From assembly GCF_001949145.1 (NCBI RefSeq), contig NW_019091355.1, positions 3,764,646 to 3,828,645 of the forward strand: a stretch of DNA of 64,000 bases, written 5' to 3'. The notes beneath the pieces were generated by a model. That model was not told the origin of the DNA. It saw nothing but the letters and a program-made list of their open reading frames with translations, and did not search any database. The position numbers were made by a program, and so were the translations under genes. Origin of the DNA: Acanthaster planci (lineage: Eukaryota). Positions 40,600-52,882 of the stretch are shown one piece after another (position 1 is the stretch's first letter; every line of letters begins with the position of its first letter).

Positions 40600-40959
40600 G
40601 TGGCCTGTTAGTCTGGATACCAGACCTGATGATTCTGACAACNNNNNNNNNNNNNNNNNNNNNNNNNNNNNTATGGACAACTCAACGAATCAAGGGTCCG
40701 GTATCACCCACGCATGTAGGAATAAAACATGGTCCACGTGACCAAGACTGGCGGAATTCCTCCAGTTTTCCGGAAATAGCCGAAGTATTCCACAGTCTCC
40801 TGTCTGTATATCGGCATGTTCGGATGGTATTATTCGGTTATTTCCGGCCGGGTAGGTGGGCTAGCCTAGTGTTGAACGTAAACTCGATGCCTGTCCTAAG
40901 ATTTTTTTATCAACAGTCGTCATGGAATCTTTGGGTAGGGAACCAGACTAGTGGCTTGT
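40600..40959. mobile_element. Academ-like non-autonomous element (TAG...CTA termini, 9-bp TSD); contains N gap 40643-40671
   Basis: TIR TAGTCTGGATACC / GGGAACCAGACTA (40609-40950); flanks GTGGCCTGT and GTGGCTTGT. Confidence 0.65.
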
Positions 40960-43954
40960 TGGCTACAACCTGAACAAATGCGACTTGGCTACCACCATCA
41001 CCAACACGAAACGGTTGGCCAGCAGAAGCATCAGCCACTTTTAAACGACTCTGTGAACTGCGGGACGAAACTGTGTGGCCTGCTGGCCAAGGCAAAGACG
41101 CTAAAGCGAGACTCCCCACAATCATGGGGGGGGGGACTTGTCCCACTTTTGCTACCTCGTTCCCATGCGTATACGATCTTGCCGCGCCATGTTGGTTCCT
41201 ACAATGCATGCTTGTGCGATCTAGTGAAAGAATGCGCATGCAGCCCATGGAGTCAAGGTTGATAATTTTGACGGGAGTGGGAGATATTTGCTGTTATTGA
41301 TCCCAACCGTTTTTGCGATGAGCTGGGAGGATGAAAGAAAATGGACTTTCAATACCTGAAGTCATGGACCTGTGATCGTCCTGGCGGTACTTTATTGTCA
41401 CCCTTTTTGTTTGGGAGATAACTTGGAAAACTTTTGCAATCGATCTCGTCTAGCTATATAAAGGGATCCGCTCCCGTCCATCCTGCAACTGACACAATAA
41501 AATAATATCCCATCAGGACGTGACGGTGCCAGCCCCACCACGGCGAAACACATCAAATAAGAAAACAGTGGACCAATCCTTTGTGTGAAAGTCTGATAAA
41601 AAAAATCACACAGCCACAAAAGCTCCGACTGTAGGCCTAAGTCTCACTCATGCCAAATGTAACATGTTACATACATTTATACGTTAATGCCTCAATTCAA
41701 CATGCAGCGAGCTTTCGGAACTCTCGCGTAATCCGTCCAGCATGGGGATTTTACATTGGGCTGTCCTATCGCGTTCAATAAATTTGGGAAGAATAATTCT
41801 TAACTGACTCCACCTCATGTTGAAATTTTACCTTTGTCTTCCTCAACTAATATTTAGGAAAAGTCACCTGGGGATTGTTAAAAAACAAATTTCATCAACG
41901 ACTTTTCACGTCCAGCGATTTCGTACCTAGGTCTCTTTGTTCATGCCCGTTTATTTTCAATCCCCGTGCTTACGTGTAGTCGATGGGTTCCATGTTCTGT
42001 TGATTTGACATAAAGCAGTTGTTGTCAGCAAAGTTTAAATCAAATACTGGAATCTTTCCTAAAAATACATTATTGCTTTAAGTTTGTTAAGGGAATAAAA
42101 TTGTGCTTGGCCAGTCTTAAACGTGCTTAAACGAGAATGGACGCACTAACGCCCTCGCCTGCGGCTCGGGTGGGCGTTCGTTCTCCTGAGCAAGGTTGAA
42201 ACCGGCCAAGCACATATTTATTCCCGTTCTAAATACCTTTTTATTCAGAGAGTCAAAAGAAGTCAACATATGATGGATTTCTAACGATATTGTTCTAAAT
42301 TTTACTTTCATTTTCCCAAACACCCCCACCCATTTATGGTATATTCCTGTTGAAAGTTGTCCAATAGAATCCCCTTGTATGTGGACTTGGCGCGCGCGTG
42401 GCGCGTTCTACTTGTTGTATCGCACGCAGAATCCTGACCAACAGGGATGGAGTAAACCAGTGTCTCGTATCCGATATCCAGGTGCCAGCGCGTTTCACGC
42501 AGTGGGCAATTACGCATAGGGCAATTATAACTTTCTTAGCGGGCATTATCAAATGTTAATACACGGTCAAGTTGCACGTTGTTGAATGGGGTGACTGTCT
42601 AAGGTATTAATGAATACCGTACAAATAAAAAATACTTGTGAAATATTTTGACCAGTGATGGGTCAATTTTTAGCAAGACATTTCTCTTTTAGGTCAGGTA
42701 ATTTTTCAGTTTCTCTAAATTGATATACTAGAAAATATTTTCCGAAGCCTTTTTCCAAGTTGGATTTTTAAAGAAATAACTGAACGAAACAATATTACAA
42801 ATTCTCAAATCCATGCACTTTAGTTTTTCCTAACCAAAGGTTCCGGAAGCGCGCCGTCAGAGGTCAACTTTCAGGCTCTATAATGACTTTTCTCTTGGGG
42901 CCTATGTACGTAAACCTTTTTAAAAAGTCAATTCGAACCCCAAACTGTAATATGATTAATTCCGTCATCGTATGGATGAACACAAGGCAACACAGACTTG
43001 CCAAAAAGATTGAAAAGAAAAGCCATGAAAAAAGACTGATTAGACTTGTACGTTTTTGCATTCTCCTTGTATCCGGGGAGCCCCTGGAGTGACGTCATCA
43101 TGACGTCCGTCTGGTCAAAGAGTTGTCAGCCTCTGAATAGAAATGTAGCTGGTTCTCTCCAGATGAGCGGACGATCGGACCTTTCCAGCTCGTGCAATGA
43201 CGTCAGTGCATCTGTCTCTCTCTTTTTTTCGTGGGCCGTCGGCGACTAAAATTAGCATTTCGCATCCAAGGCGCGCGCAGCGGACAAGGCAAACGGGGTA
43301 TGACGGCAGTGTGATGATGGAGACGGCGACGATGCTGAAACACGACGGTAATCACCGCGTATATGGCTATCCACCAAGGGTGGCAGGACTATAGAAAGAC
43401 CTGCCCTCCTGCCTGGGGAAAAGATCGATCGTGGCAAAAATCCTGTGAATAATTAGTCGAATGACTATCAATGATGGTGCGTTTTTCTTAGATACTGTCA
43501 GTGGCACTGCATCGCTGTCCAGGTCGTGCATTTATTCACATGCGCGTCTTGGTCTTGGACACGAGCATGTGAAATAACTGAATAGGATAACCTAACAATG
43601 TAATAATTTCCCAAACCATTTTCAAATTTCTTTGTACCCCACACGATGCAACAATCAATTGGACCCAAATTTACTGTTGATGAAAGCAACATCTACTACG
43701 TACAATAAACTGGGAAAAAATCTAAATGATGCAAGCATGCATGCATGCACACCATGTATCCAGCATGTGGTTGTCTTTGCAGAGACCAGGCACCGGTGGC
43801 GTAAATTGTGCTGGGAGATGACGTAAGTAAAAAATGCCTGGCAACGGAAGTGTGAAATATAAGGTACACCATAATGACAACCGGGTAACTTTCGGTTCAT
43901 CCACTGCCCACGTCAGCTAACGCCAGCAGGAAAGAAGAAACATGCAAATACTCT

Positions 43955-44538
43955 GGAATTCCATTTCTGCCAATTACGCAGCTCATGTGGGGTCATACTT
44001 CCTCGAGTCTGTAGCCACTTCCGCCGTCAACGGCGCATCGTATCGCAGTTTGTACTGCTTGTATGGCCGCCGCATGGTCGCATCGTGCCGTTGCATTGTC
44101 ACATCGTCGCATTTTCAAAAAATCATGCAAATGAATTTCTGTTTCTTCGCCAGGAGCATGATTTTTATATTTAAAAAAATCATGATTTTATCAACCCTGT
44201 CATTAATGTGTAATCTGAAGCTGTCAACCTGTTCGTCGTGGCAAAAGAACTGCACCTTATAATGTGCAGATAATTATATGCACTGCACTAAGAGCAATCA
44301 ACAGCGCCCTCCTGGCGAAGAAACGGAAATTCATTTACACGATTTTCTGAAAACGCGACGATTCGACAATGCGACGTCACGACGCGACTATGTGACGTTG
44401 GCGGTGTAAACGGCTAGATACCACGAATAAACGATGAGGACGTTTACGACGCGACAATGCGCCGTTCACAGCGAAATGGCTACAAACGCAAGGAAGATTG
44501 GCCCACATGCGCAACGGAATTGGCAGAAATGGAATTCC
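43955..44538. mobile_element. Large fold-back element (about 200-230-bp inverted arms)
   Basis: GGAATTCCATTTCTGCCAATT...TTCTTCGCCAGGAG pairs with CTCCTGGCGAAGAA...AATTGGCAGAAATGGAATTCC. Confidence 0.85.
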
Positions 44539-45429
44539 GTAAAAACGTTCGGGGAAAGGGGTGGAGCGACTGTATGCCTGGTGTGTGGGTACCGGGTCGG
44601 TTCAAAGTAACGTCGGCATTCGTGCTGGAATAACTTCGATCGTTATCGTGCGACGAAATTACTGAACGGCGACGCGAAGGCACCGATACGTCATTACACC
44701 AAAACTTTGTACACTTTTTAGGCGTGGATTGGGGTGGGGTGCCGACCCCCCTGCTCAGAGACAAAAGTAAACAAATGGAGAAAACAGTAAAAACTAACTA
44801 AAGTAAACTTTAAAACAAGATTGTTAAGTTTCATCATCATTTCTACTTGTCCACAAAAATGAGACATTAGAAAAAAAAAATCTCCGACCCGACTCACCCT
44901 CTAGAAAACTTTCTCCGTCTGTCCCTGCTATTCTCTACTGTGTACGCAAATGCACCCAGGCGTGTAGCATCACGTACGTACGGTATACCGTTAGTACGCC
45001 GTTGCGAAACTAACGATGAAGTTAGCATGTAGAAAGGAGATCCATGAGAACGGACGTCGTTTCCAAAAACAGTCCGGTGGTGAGTGAATGTTGATTGGTG
45101 GGTGGAGGCAGGGAGGAACATCTTTCAACCGTGTGACATTTTAATCCTCGGGAAATGAATACATCAGATTAGTTGAAGCCGATTCCATCATGTACCAAGC
45201 TATGAACTGCCGCTTTTAGTGCTTCGTTTTTACTTGAGCGAGGAATATCCCTGCTCAGCAAATTTTCCTGTATCCTTGCTGGTGGTCACCTGACATGTTT
45301 AGAAAATGTTCGTAATGTAAATCTGCGCGTGATGTCTTGCCTAAGCAGCGCAACAATAGCATGTACTTGCAAAATGGATGAACACAACATAACGTAAAGA
45401 CAATACACGCCGATCACCTACCTAAACTG

Positions 45430-45435
45430 TTTATT
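45430..45435 (-). terminator. Candidate polyadenylation signal of PTEN-B (implies a 3' UTR of about 4.4 kb)
   Basis: AATAAA on the minus strand followed by GT-rich sequence, near the change to CpG-rich intergenic composition. Other sites are not excluded. Confidence 0.35.
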
Positions 45436-46831
45436 TTCCAACAAAATATAATACACAAATGGCATCAACTTTAATAAACTTTTCGATTTCAATGTTTTCT
45501 GGAAAAAATTACATTGTGGGTAAACAAACAGCAATTTACTGGAAATGAGTTGGTTGACTGTTGTCACTGGAAGCACAGTCGCAAAAAGCAGCACTGTTCA
45601 GGAATCTACTTCCATACTTCACTCTCCCTGCAGAGATATTCTCCGTAAATTTTTCTTGACCAGGTCTGGACCCTAAAACAATCTTAGATTTGGCTCTGTT
45701 ACAATTCAGAGAGACATTTGACTAATTACCGAGAATCAAAACGTATCAATTTGGAGTCTTAATGTAAGGTGGTGCGACAAAGACTGCCATGATGCATGTC
45801 GGACGAACACCGAATTTAGAAATTAATATGACGGGTTTTTGGGCACTCCGGGAAAAAGAAGAACTCAATTGACTACAATCTTTTGAGTGGATTCGCTCCG
45901 AACTTTCCATTGAGAAGTTTCACAGACAAAGTACCTGACGGATAAGGCCTACTCTGCTTTTAATGGGCGACTTCTAAGATGTCTAGCGGATCGGTCAGGT
46001 AGGACCGGTACGCTTGCCGTTAAGTCTACCAGTCACTCCTAGGCTTTTTTTTGGGCCCGCTCTCAATTTTTCGTCAAATTCATTAGTGTTAAGAACCCAA
46101 TTAATGAAATTTTTTATCAAACAAATCACTGACGTAAACTTCACGTCAAATTTTTTTGATGAAAGAAGAACCATTGTTCTGTGACTTCCCTGTTTTCAAA
46201 ACCACGGGCAGAATCCTGCATGAACGTCCAGTGATTACAATTTGAAACAATTTAACACAGATATTCTCCAATAAAAATAACAATAGATAGATAAATAAAA
46301 ACAAACCAAACATTCTCCCCAAATCTGCAGTGTTTTATGGTTGGGTTCTGCCCGATCCGAAACTCTGATTTGAGAAATCTAAATTGGAGTTTATCTTCGT
46401 GGCAAGTTAATTTCCGAAAGTTTTCATTCTCGGAAAACTGGTCATAAAAATACCGCACCAGTTCAAGAACTTCGCGTCTTTTAAGTGTGTCTCAATAAAA
46501 AACGTTTAGACAATGGTATTTAAAAGACGTTGTAACCAATTTCTGGAACGCTTGATAAATATTCATTTATACATACATATACAAATGGTGCGACAAAAAA
46601 TACACCTCTATTTACAACTGACACCTCCGATTACCATATTTAATACTTTTTTCTTCGGGTTTTCCCTTTTAACCTAAAACAAAACATTCAATTTACAACC
46701 ATAAAAATAGCATCTTAATCTTCTTAAACCTGGCACAACCTCCAATGTTTCTTTTGGGTGTGCATTTCAGACAGTCACAGAGGGTGATGACAAGGACAGT
46801 GACAAACTAGTGCATCTTCACAATTACTCCA

Positions 46832-47011
46832 CAGTGTCGGTATAGTGCTCACGCTTGTACTCGAGTACTTGGGTTTTTGGAACTCAAACTCGTACTCAAG
46901 AAAATGGAATCACACTCGCATCGGTGCTTGTAAGAAACATTTTCCATGAAATTCACTCATGCCAGAAAACTGATACTTGTTACCATGGAAACGTACTCGA
47001 CTGCAACACCG
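46832..47011. mobile_element. Degenerate hAT-like MITE with ACTCG subrepeats
   Basis: CAGTGTCG ... CAACACCG termini, internal GTACTCG repeats; TSD only partly matching. Confidence 0.4.
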
Positions 47012-48426
47012 CCCTTCCAGAAGACAGAAAATGTTTGCTTTGTCGTCAAATGAACATGCTGAAATGGTTACTCTTACAGAAAGTTACCAGTTTGTACCAA
47101 TGCTGATATCACAGGAAATGCAAGTGGTGTAAAGTGGTTAGTGCAGCACGTTTTGCTGTTTTGACACTCACGTTTTGTTTGCTTTTTTTGGATTCCACGC
47201 AGATCCCTAAATAGGTAGGGGATTTGGAAGGAGCACATCCCTTCATTATCTTTTGGCACATGTAACTTTTTCAAGCTTTGAGAAAAACGATCAGGTTTGT
47301 GATCAGTGGCTCTGTGCTGCCCATTCACTGTGTGCCTCTCCTTGTATTCCTACTCTGGATCTGCCCACTCCAACTGTCTTTCTTTTCCTTATGACAAATG
47401 CATAAACAGGTGTCAACAAATCCAAGTAAGTAAGGTTTCCAGAATTCTGAAAATAAACTTTGTTACAACAATTTTAAGATACAGAAACATCACATCTCTG
47501 ACAAACTTGGAAGATATTTCTTAATAAAATCATGAAGAGCTTTCACTTTCGCATAGAAAAACAGCAACTACATAAATACACGTGTATGTATACAGATCAA
47601 GATAGGCCTATATATCATTTGCCACATTACTATATAGCACCAATGCCCACAAGCATCCGGGTGGGTTCTCTTAACTCCTTAATGTTACATAATTCCTTGT
47701 CATTGTGTTCAGTTTCATTTGCACCAACCATTTTATAGTTTTTGCACTTTTTGGCCCAAAACTGTAATGCTACAAAAGACGGTTTTGTAAGATGTCTGGT
47801 CTTTACCATGAACAACTTATGATTTGAGCATTCGGTGGGAGGAGTGGGTAGAGTGCTGTTTCCATGGTGACCTGACATCAGAAATTGTGCACTTCTTTAA
47901 GTCTCTGAATCCCACTTCCAGCTGAGTGGGTTTCAGCTGTCTAAATGTATTTAAGCACCCATATTTGTCATGACCTGGCATGTTTAAAAATTGCATATCT
48001 TTGGGTACGTTATTTATCTAAATTGATTTCCCATCCCCCAGAAGTAGATTAAAAAAATGTCCTCCCAAAAATCGGAGAAAACAATGGTTGTGTAAAAGAA
48101 AGGAAAGGGCCCCAGACAGAATCAACAAAACATATTACAATTTCAGGAGAAGACGATGTGGTACCTCTTCACATTTCAGATCATACAATCGCGTCCAAAA
48201 CACAAGATCAAACGGCTAACTAGGTAATTCAACTAATGCACGGCTTTTTTTTCCGGGCCACAGCTAATTGTATCATTTTCGCAGCAGAGACAGGACATCA
48301 CAATAACAATAATTAAAACATCAGTTCGGAAACACCTTTGCTGTCAGAGCAACGTGTCGGAAGTCCCCCTCAAAACCCAAGTTTTCGGTGAACAACACCA
48401 GAGCTATGACAAACGGTTTCATTCGT

Positions 48427-48560
48427 GAGTTTGTTACGCATTGGCCAATCACACTGCGCGAAATCTGTCAACCCTTTCCAAATGTGCATTGGGTAAACAG
48501 ACTTCGCGCATTGTGAGTGGTCAATGCGTTGCAGACTCTTGGAGGCGCCCTATTGTGAAT
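48427..48560. mobile_element. Second, truncated copy of the 23591 fold-back MITE, in the presumed PTEN-B 3' UTR
   Basis: Shares GGCCAATCACA, ACCCTTT, GCATTGGGT and ACTCTTGGAGGCGC.CTATTGTGAA with 23591-23762. Confidence 0.85.
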
Positions 48561-49830
48561 CAAATAAACACACCATTCTCTCAGGACTGTCCACCCCACG
48601 GTCTACACCTGCAATCTCTGGGGACACTCAAAGACGAGGCAACCTTAAAAGAGTCCACAGAGACGAGTAGTCATGTTGAAGCGAAGTCACTGAGCTTAGC
48701 GCTGAAGGAATATTCTCTGGATTGCTGTGAGAGTGAAATGCCGCTTCAAAGGGAGACACCCGTGCGTAGGGTGACCAGCACCCTTGAGTGCTCTGGCTCG
48801 CAGTCGGGGAATGGAACAGTATCATATCTGGAATAACTCTCTTCCACTTCTGCTGTTTAGATGTGGAAACTACGAGGGCAGTGTACACAAGGGCTATAAC
48901 AGTCATAAGCAGAGTTTAGAGCGAAGGGGAATATCCCCATAAACTGAGACAAATTTGTTTTCTTTAAAAAAGTCGCAGAGACAACAAAGAACCAAACGTC
49001 ATACTCTCACCTTCCCTGATCCTTTGAAATCCTAAAAGAGAGTTTGGCTGGATTTTGAGGGCATGGAACAAGCAGAATTGTTTTGTAACACAGTGGCAAG
49101 TTCAGAGGATTCCGAAGGCTCCAAGCTAGAATGACTTCTGACTTTGTATCAATGCACTGACTCTAAATGAGGCATACAGCCCATCAAAACAATGAAGCCC
49201 ATGTGAGCCAGAGGAAACCACTCTGAGCCAAACGCAAGAAGCCATACACATTAGAAGTGAACACCGCGTAGTGCCCTTTTAGTACGGAATCAACAGGTAA
49301 TTGAGTCACTAAGAATTTTTGGAGGACCTCCTTGCTTTAAAAAGCAAACAAGAAATGTAAGTACGACGTGACAGATTGTAAAAAACAAAAACCAAAAATG
49401 TTGGTCCACAAAAAGCCTTGTTTCTGAATAGGCGACAGTATCGGAATGAGTCAATTTTGGACACAGCTGAATAGGCAAATTCGCTTTTCATTTAAAAATC
49501 TTTAAAACTTTCAGGCCTGACACAAAAGATTGGAAATGCGTAAATCAAATATCTGTAAACAGGCAACATACAGCGTGATTTGTTATGACCCTTCAGAATC
49601 TGTCTAACCCCACAGTTGGTGGGAGGGCGTTCTTCACTGGTCAGTGCCTGCTCGGATGATGCTGTAATTCGGAATGATTGCATACAAACAAGGACCCAAC
49701 TTACTGTTTCCACCCTGCTGAATACTGTATTATGAAGACTCCATGCACCACAAGGTCCCCTGCTGCTGCAATGGCGTATATCCGCCAATCTAGCCGATTT
49801 GGGTGGCGTGAGGCAACTGAACGAAGGCCA

Positions 49831-49992
49831 TCATACGTGGGTGACCTCGTCCGGGTTCCACTCTGACTCGGAGTCAGTGTCTGAGATGTCATCGGTGTCA
49901 CTGTGGTCGCTGCCTGTGCCAGACGACTGACCACTGTCCGCCGATGTCCGTCTCGCTTTGTCGCTGACCACGTCGCTAAATACACACGTAAC
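49831..49992 (-). CDS. PTEN: PTEN-B exon 9, C-tail (VTCVFSDVVSDKARRTSADSGQSSGTGSDHSDTDDISDTDSESEWNPDEVTHV*)
   Basis: TTCAG acceptor ending 49993, stop TGA at 49833-49831. Acidic Ser/Thr cluster and class I PDZ motif T-H-V. This frame is not in the ORF track. Confidence 0.9.
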   Translation of the reverse strand, partial: VTCVFSDVVSDKARRTSADSGQSSGTGSDHSDTDDISDTDSESEWNPDEVTHV

Positions 49993-50209
49993 CTGAAGAT
50001 ATACCATAAAATAAGGGTAAATACAATAAAGACTTTGAACTGGAGTGACTGTTAACTGGGATTATGGGAAATATATGCCACAACATAATGCATAATTGCT
50101 TAATCGGTCCTGGTATCTCCATCATCTATGCTGTGTATAAATGCATACATGTACGCTTGTGCTCAGTGCTGTACTTTTGACTTGTGCGGCAGTCCACAGT
50201 TCAAAAATA

Positions 50210-50457
50210 TGTGACCCACTCTGTGAAAATGAGTCTTAAGTCGTCAGAGCCACTTTGGAGTAAAAAGACTTTTCGAATAATTTTGCATATTGTAAATCAA
50301 TAGGAACCCACGGCATTTTCACCAATAGAGTATCCACTTTCATCAGGATGCCAAATTGAGTGATACATCAAAACCAAAAACTCAATTTGCTCTTTCAAAT
50401 ACAAATAAAAACTCAAAAAGTGGTGACTTATGACTCATTTTCGCAGAGTGGGTCACA
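50210..50457. mobile_element. MITE with 33-bp TIRs in PTEN-B intron 8
   Basis: TGTGACCCACTCTGTGAAAATGAGTCTTAAGTC ... GACTTATGACTCATTTTCGCAGAGTGGGTCACA. Confidence 0.85.
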
Positions 50458-51142
50458 CGTGATTCAATCTTGGAACCGTGCAAAAGTCAAGCCACAAGGG
50501 AAGTTTGTCTCGGTCTGAATTTCAACACCGTCTCATTTTGAATCCTGTTATGCATCAAACATCCCCGGGCAGGTCTTTCGTGCGTAATGGAAAACTACCT
50601 TCCCCACAATTGAGAAATTTGCTGCAGTAAACCTTAAGAATGCAGCTGCAGCGTACAGGCAGAGGCAGCCGGTAAACTATTGGAAACATGAGATTTCTCG
50701 TTCTGAAAATCTGACATGAATATGTAAACTGTATCAATTTGGAGCACCATTTTTTTCCCTGGTCCAGTATAACCCATGTACGTGTAGCTAATCTCCATTT
50801 ATGAGAGTCCAAGATACATTGATACATTCACACGCTGCCTTTCTCGCGTGCAAATCCTTTCCAAGTGACACTGGTCACCAGCAGGACAAAATTGAATTAT
50901 ACAAACCATCATATTTTTGTATATATTGCACTACATGTACGTTCAGCCGTAATCTCTTGGATGGTAACCTCCGAACACTGGCCTCTCGACCGAGCGCGTG
51001 AACCACAACAGACAGCATAGGAACGGGCTGTACAACTTCAAGATTTTTAAAACTGAATGCCAAGTTTTAACCTCAACAGTACCGGGCGTTGATTGACTGG
51101 CACTGTCTGAAACACGATGGAAGGCGCACAATCACACTACGA

Positions 51143-51456
51143 TTAACCCAAACAGTACCGGGCGTTGATTGGCTTAGAGTACTCACTACTACAAAATACT
51201 ATGTAACACTCTGAGCCTGAAGGACCTAGCGCTACAAATTACTATTTCTGGCTAGGTTTATTCCGTTGTTACTCGTACAGAGAACAATGAAACCATGCAT
51301 TCATGGTGCCACAGCAATGTATGGTACATTGTCTTCTCTAGTGTATTTTATGGCTTCAGAGAATAATAATGCCATGTCCTCTTACAAGCGACAGGGCTGA
51401 GTACTACATTTTACTACTAAGTAGTACTCTGTAGCATTCGGGACTGTTAGGGTTAA
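51143..51456. mobile_element. piggyBac-like TTAA-flanked MITE, left end duplicated at 51067-51095
   Basis: TTAA-CCCAAACAGTACCG ... CGGGACTGTTAGGG-TTAA. Confidence 0.7.
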
Positions 51457-51784
51457 TGAATCATTTTGCAACAATCTAAATATATATCACACTTTAGAGC
51501 CCGAGTTTACAGGATATTCAATATCCATCTTGAAACAAAGAGGCCAAAGCTTTGCTTATAGACCTTTATCATGATGCTACCACGTTTGTCTTGTTCCCTA
51601 TAGACCCACTGGTAAGAGTAATACACCTTCACATACTGATAAAAGGCTGGGGCTTCCAGCCTCTGATTTGTTACATTAGTTTGAATGGTAGAAAAGCAAG
51701 ATGGCTGCCCCTAGGTAGAGCCTGTCAATGCTAACTGCTCCATGCAATGGAATTCAGTAAACCGCAGGCACCAGTCCCACTCAC

Positions 51785-51988
51785 CCGGAAATTTGGGGAG
51801 AAAGACTTGTTGGTTTTGTCCTTGTTGGCCTTGTCCAGTTCGTCCTTCTTGAGAGAGAGGACCATGGTGTGGCGGCACCCTGGCAGGTTGCACTCCTCGG
51901 GCAGATGCTGACTCAGGCCGTTGGTCTCGGCCACGTTCTTGCAGCTCGGCACGAAGAAGGTGTTGAACCAGAAGTGGAACAACTTGTC
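51785..51988 (-). CDS. PTEN: PTEN-B exon 8 (DKLFHFWFNTFF...ELDKANKDKTNKSFSPNFR)
   Basis: CAG acceptor 51991-51989, GTGAGT donor at 51784; hallmark FHFWxNTFF and LDKANKDK motifs. Confidence 0.95.
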
Positions 51989-52882
51989 CTGGCACAAGCG
52001 GGCACAAATGCGGAGAGTGTGAGTTAAACATTGTTGATTGTGACTGATGTCATTTTTCTTTTGAGCAGATTGGTGCTAACACGAATAATGATACGCTTTA
52101 ATACGATACGAAAAATCCAATCCCAAATCTGAGTGCGGCAACGATAAATCTTTCGTCGAGGACACATTGAATGCGTCAGAGCCTGTGGAAATTGCTGGGC
52201 ATCGTACAACTTTGGACAATGAAGCACATGCGGCACTCCAACATGGCTGGTTGCCAACACTCTTTGGGACAGAATTTCCAGGCAGTGGCCTCATGACCGA
52301 GCAGGGGAGATACCTTGAACTGACCATTACCCTAACCCTCCTCAATCCTCCAAAATCCTTTGGGAGGTTTTGGAGGATTCTGGAGGATTGAGGGTGAATG
52401 GCAAAAGTGCATGGCTGATTGCGAAGGATGCCATGAGTGAACGTCGTAGGTTAGACCTTGAGTTGCTCCATCTTACATCGGCTTGTGCACAAATAAGGGC
52501 TGTCTTTTTGTCGATTCTGCCGGACTAATTTTGTTCTTCGCTGATTCCTGATTGTTTATGTTCATAGCAATAAGGAAGCAAATCTCTTTCTCTGAAACGT
52601 TTTCAGTGAATAAATTATGGGTTCACAGTTTAAACAGCCAAAACCTGTGCAATGAACTATGTCTTCCCTAGTGATCATGGTAACAGCACCCTCAGTTGTC
52701 CAGGAATGCATGAATATTTTTAAAAGGAAAAAAAAAATATATATTTTTCAATACGTTTAACCACACAGAAATCTAAGAGTTTCCATACGTTGAAGAAGAG
52801 TAACAAGTTGCCAAAAAAATTGTGTCAAAGAAAAATTCATTGCGGCTACACTTTAAGTGAGATGACGGGGAGCTCCTCTAAC

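Noticed and set aside
49701..49985. 94-aa minus-strand ORF as the PTEN-B last exon
   Set aside because: Wrong frame; the phase-0 acceptor at 49993 gives the acidic tail ending VTHV*.
15185..52340. Interstitial telomeric repeats (TAACCC/GGGTTA)
   Set aside because: Only 1-2 units each; most sit at TTAA-flanked element ends and are better explained as MITE termini.
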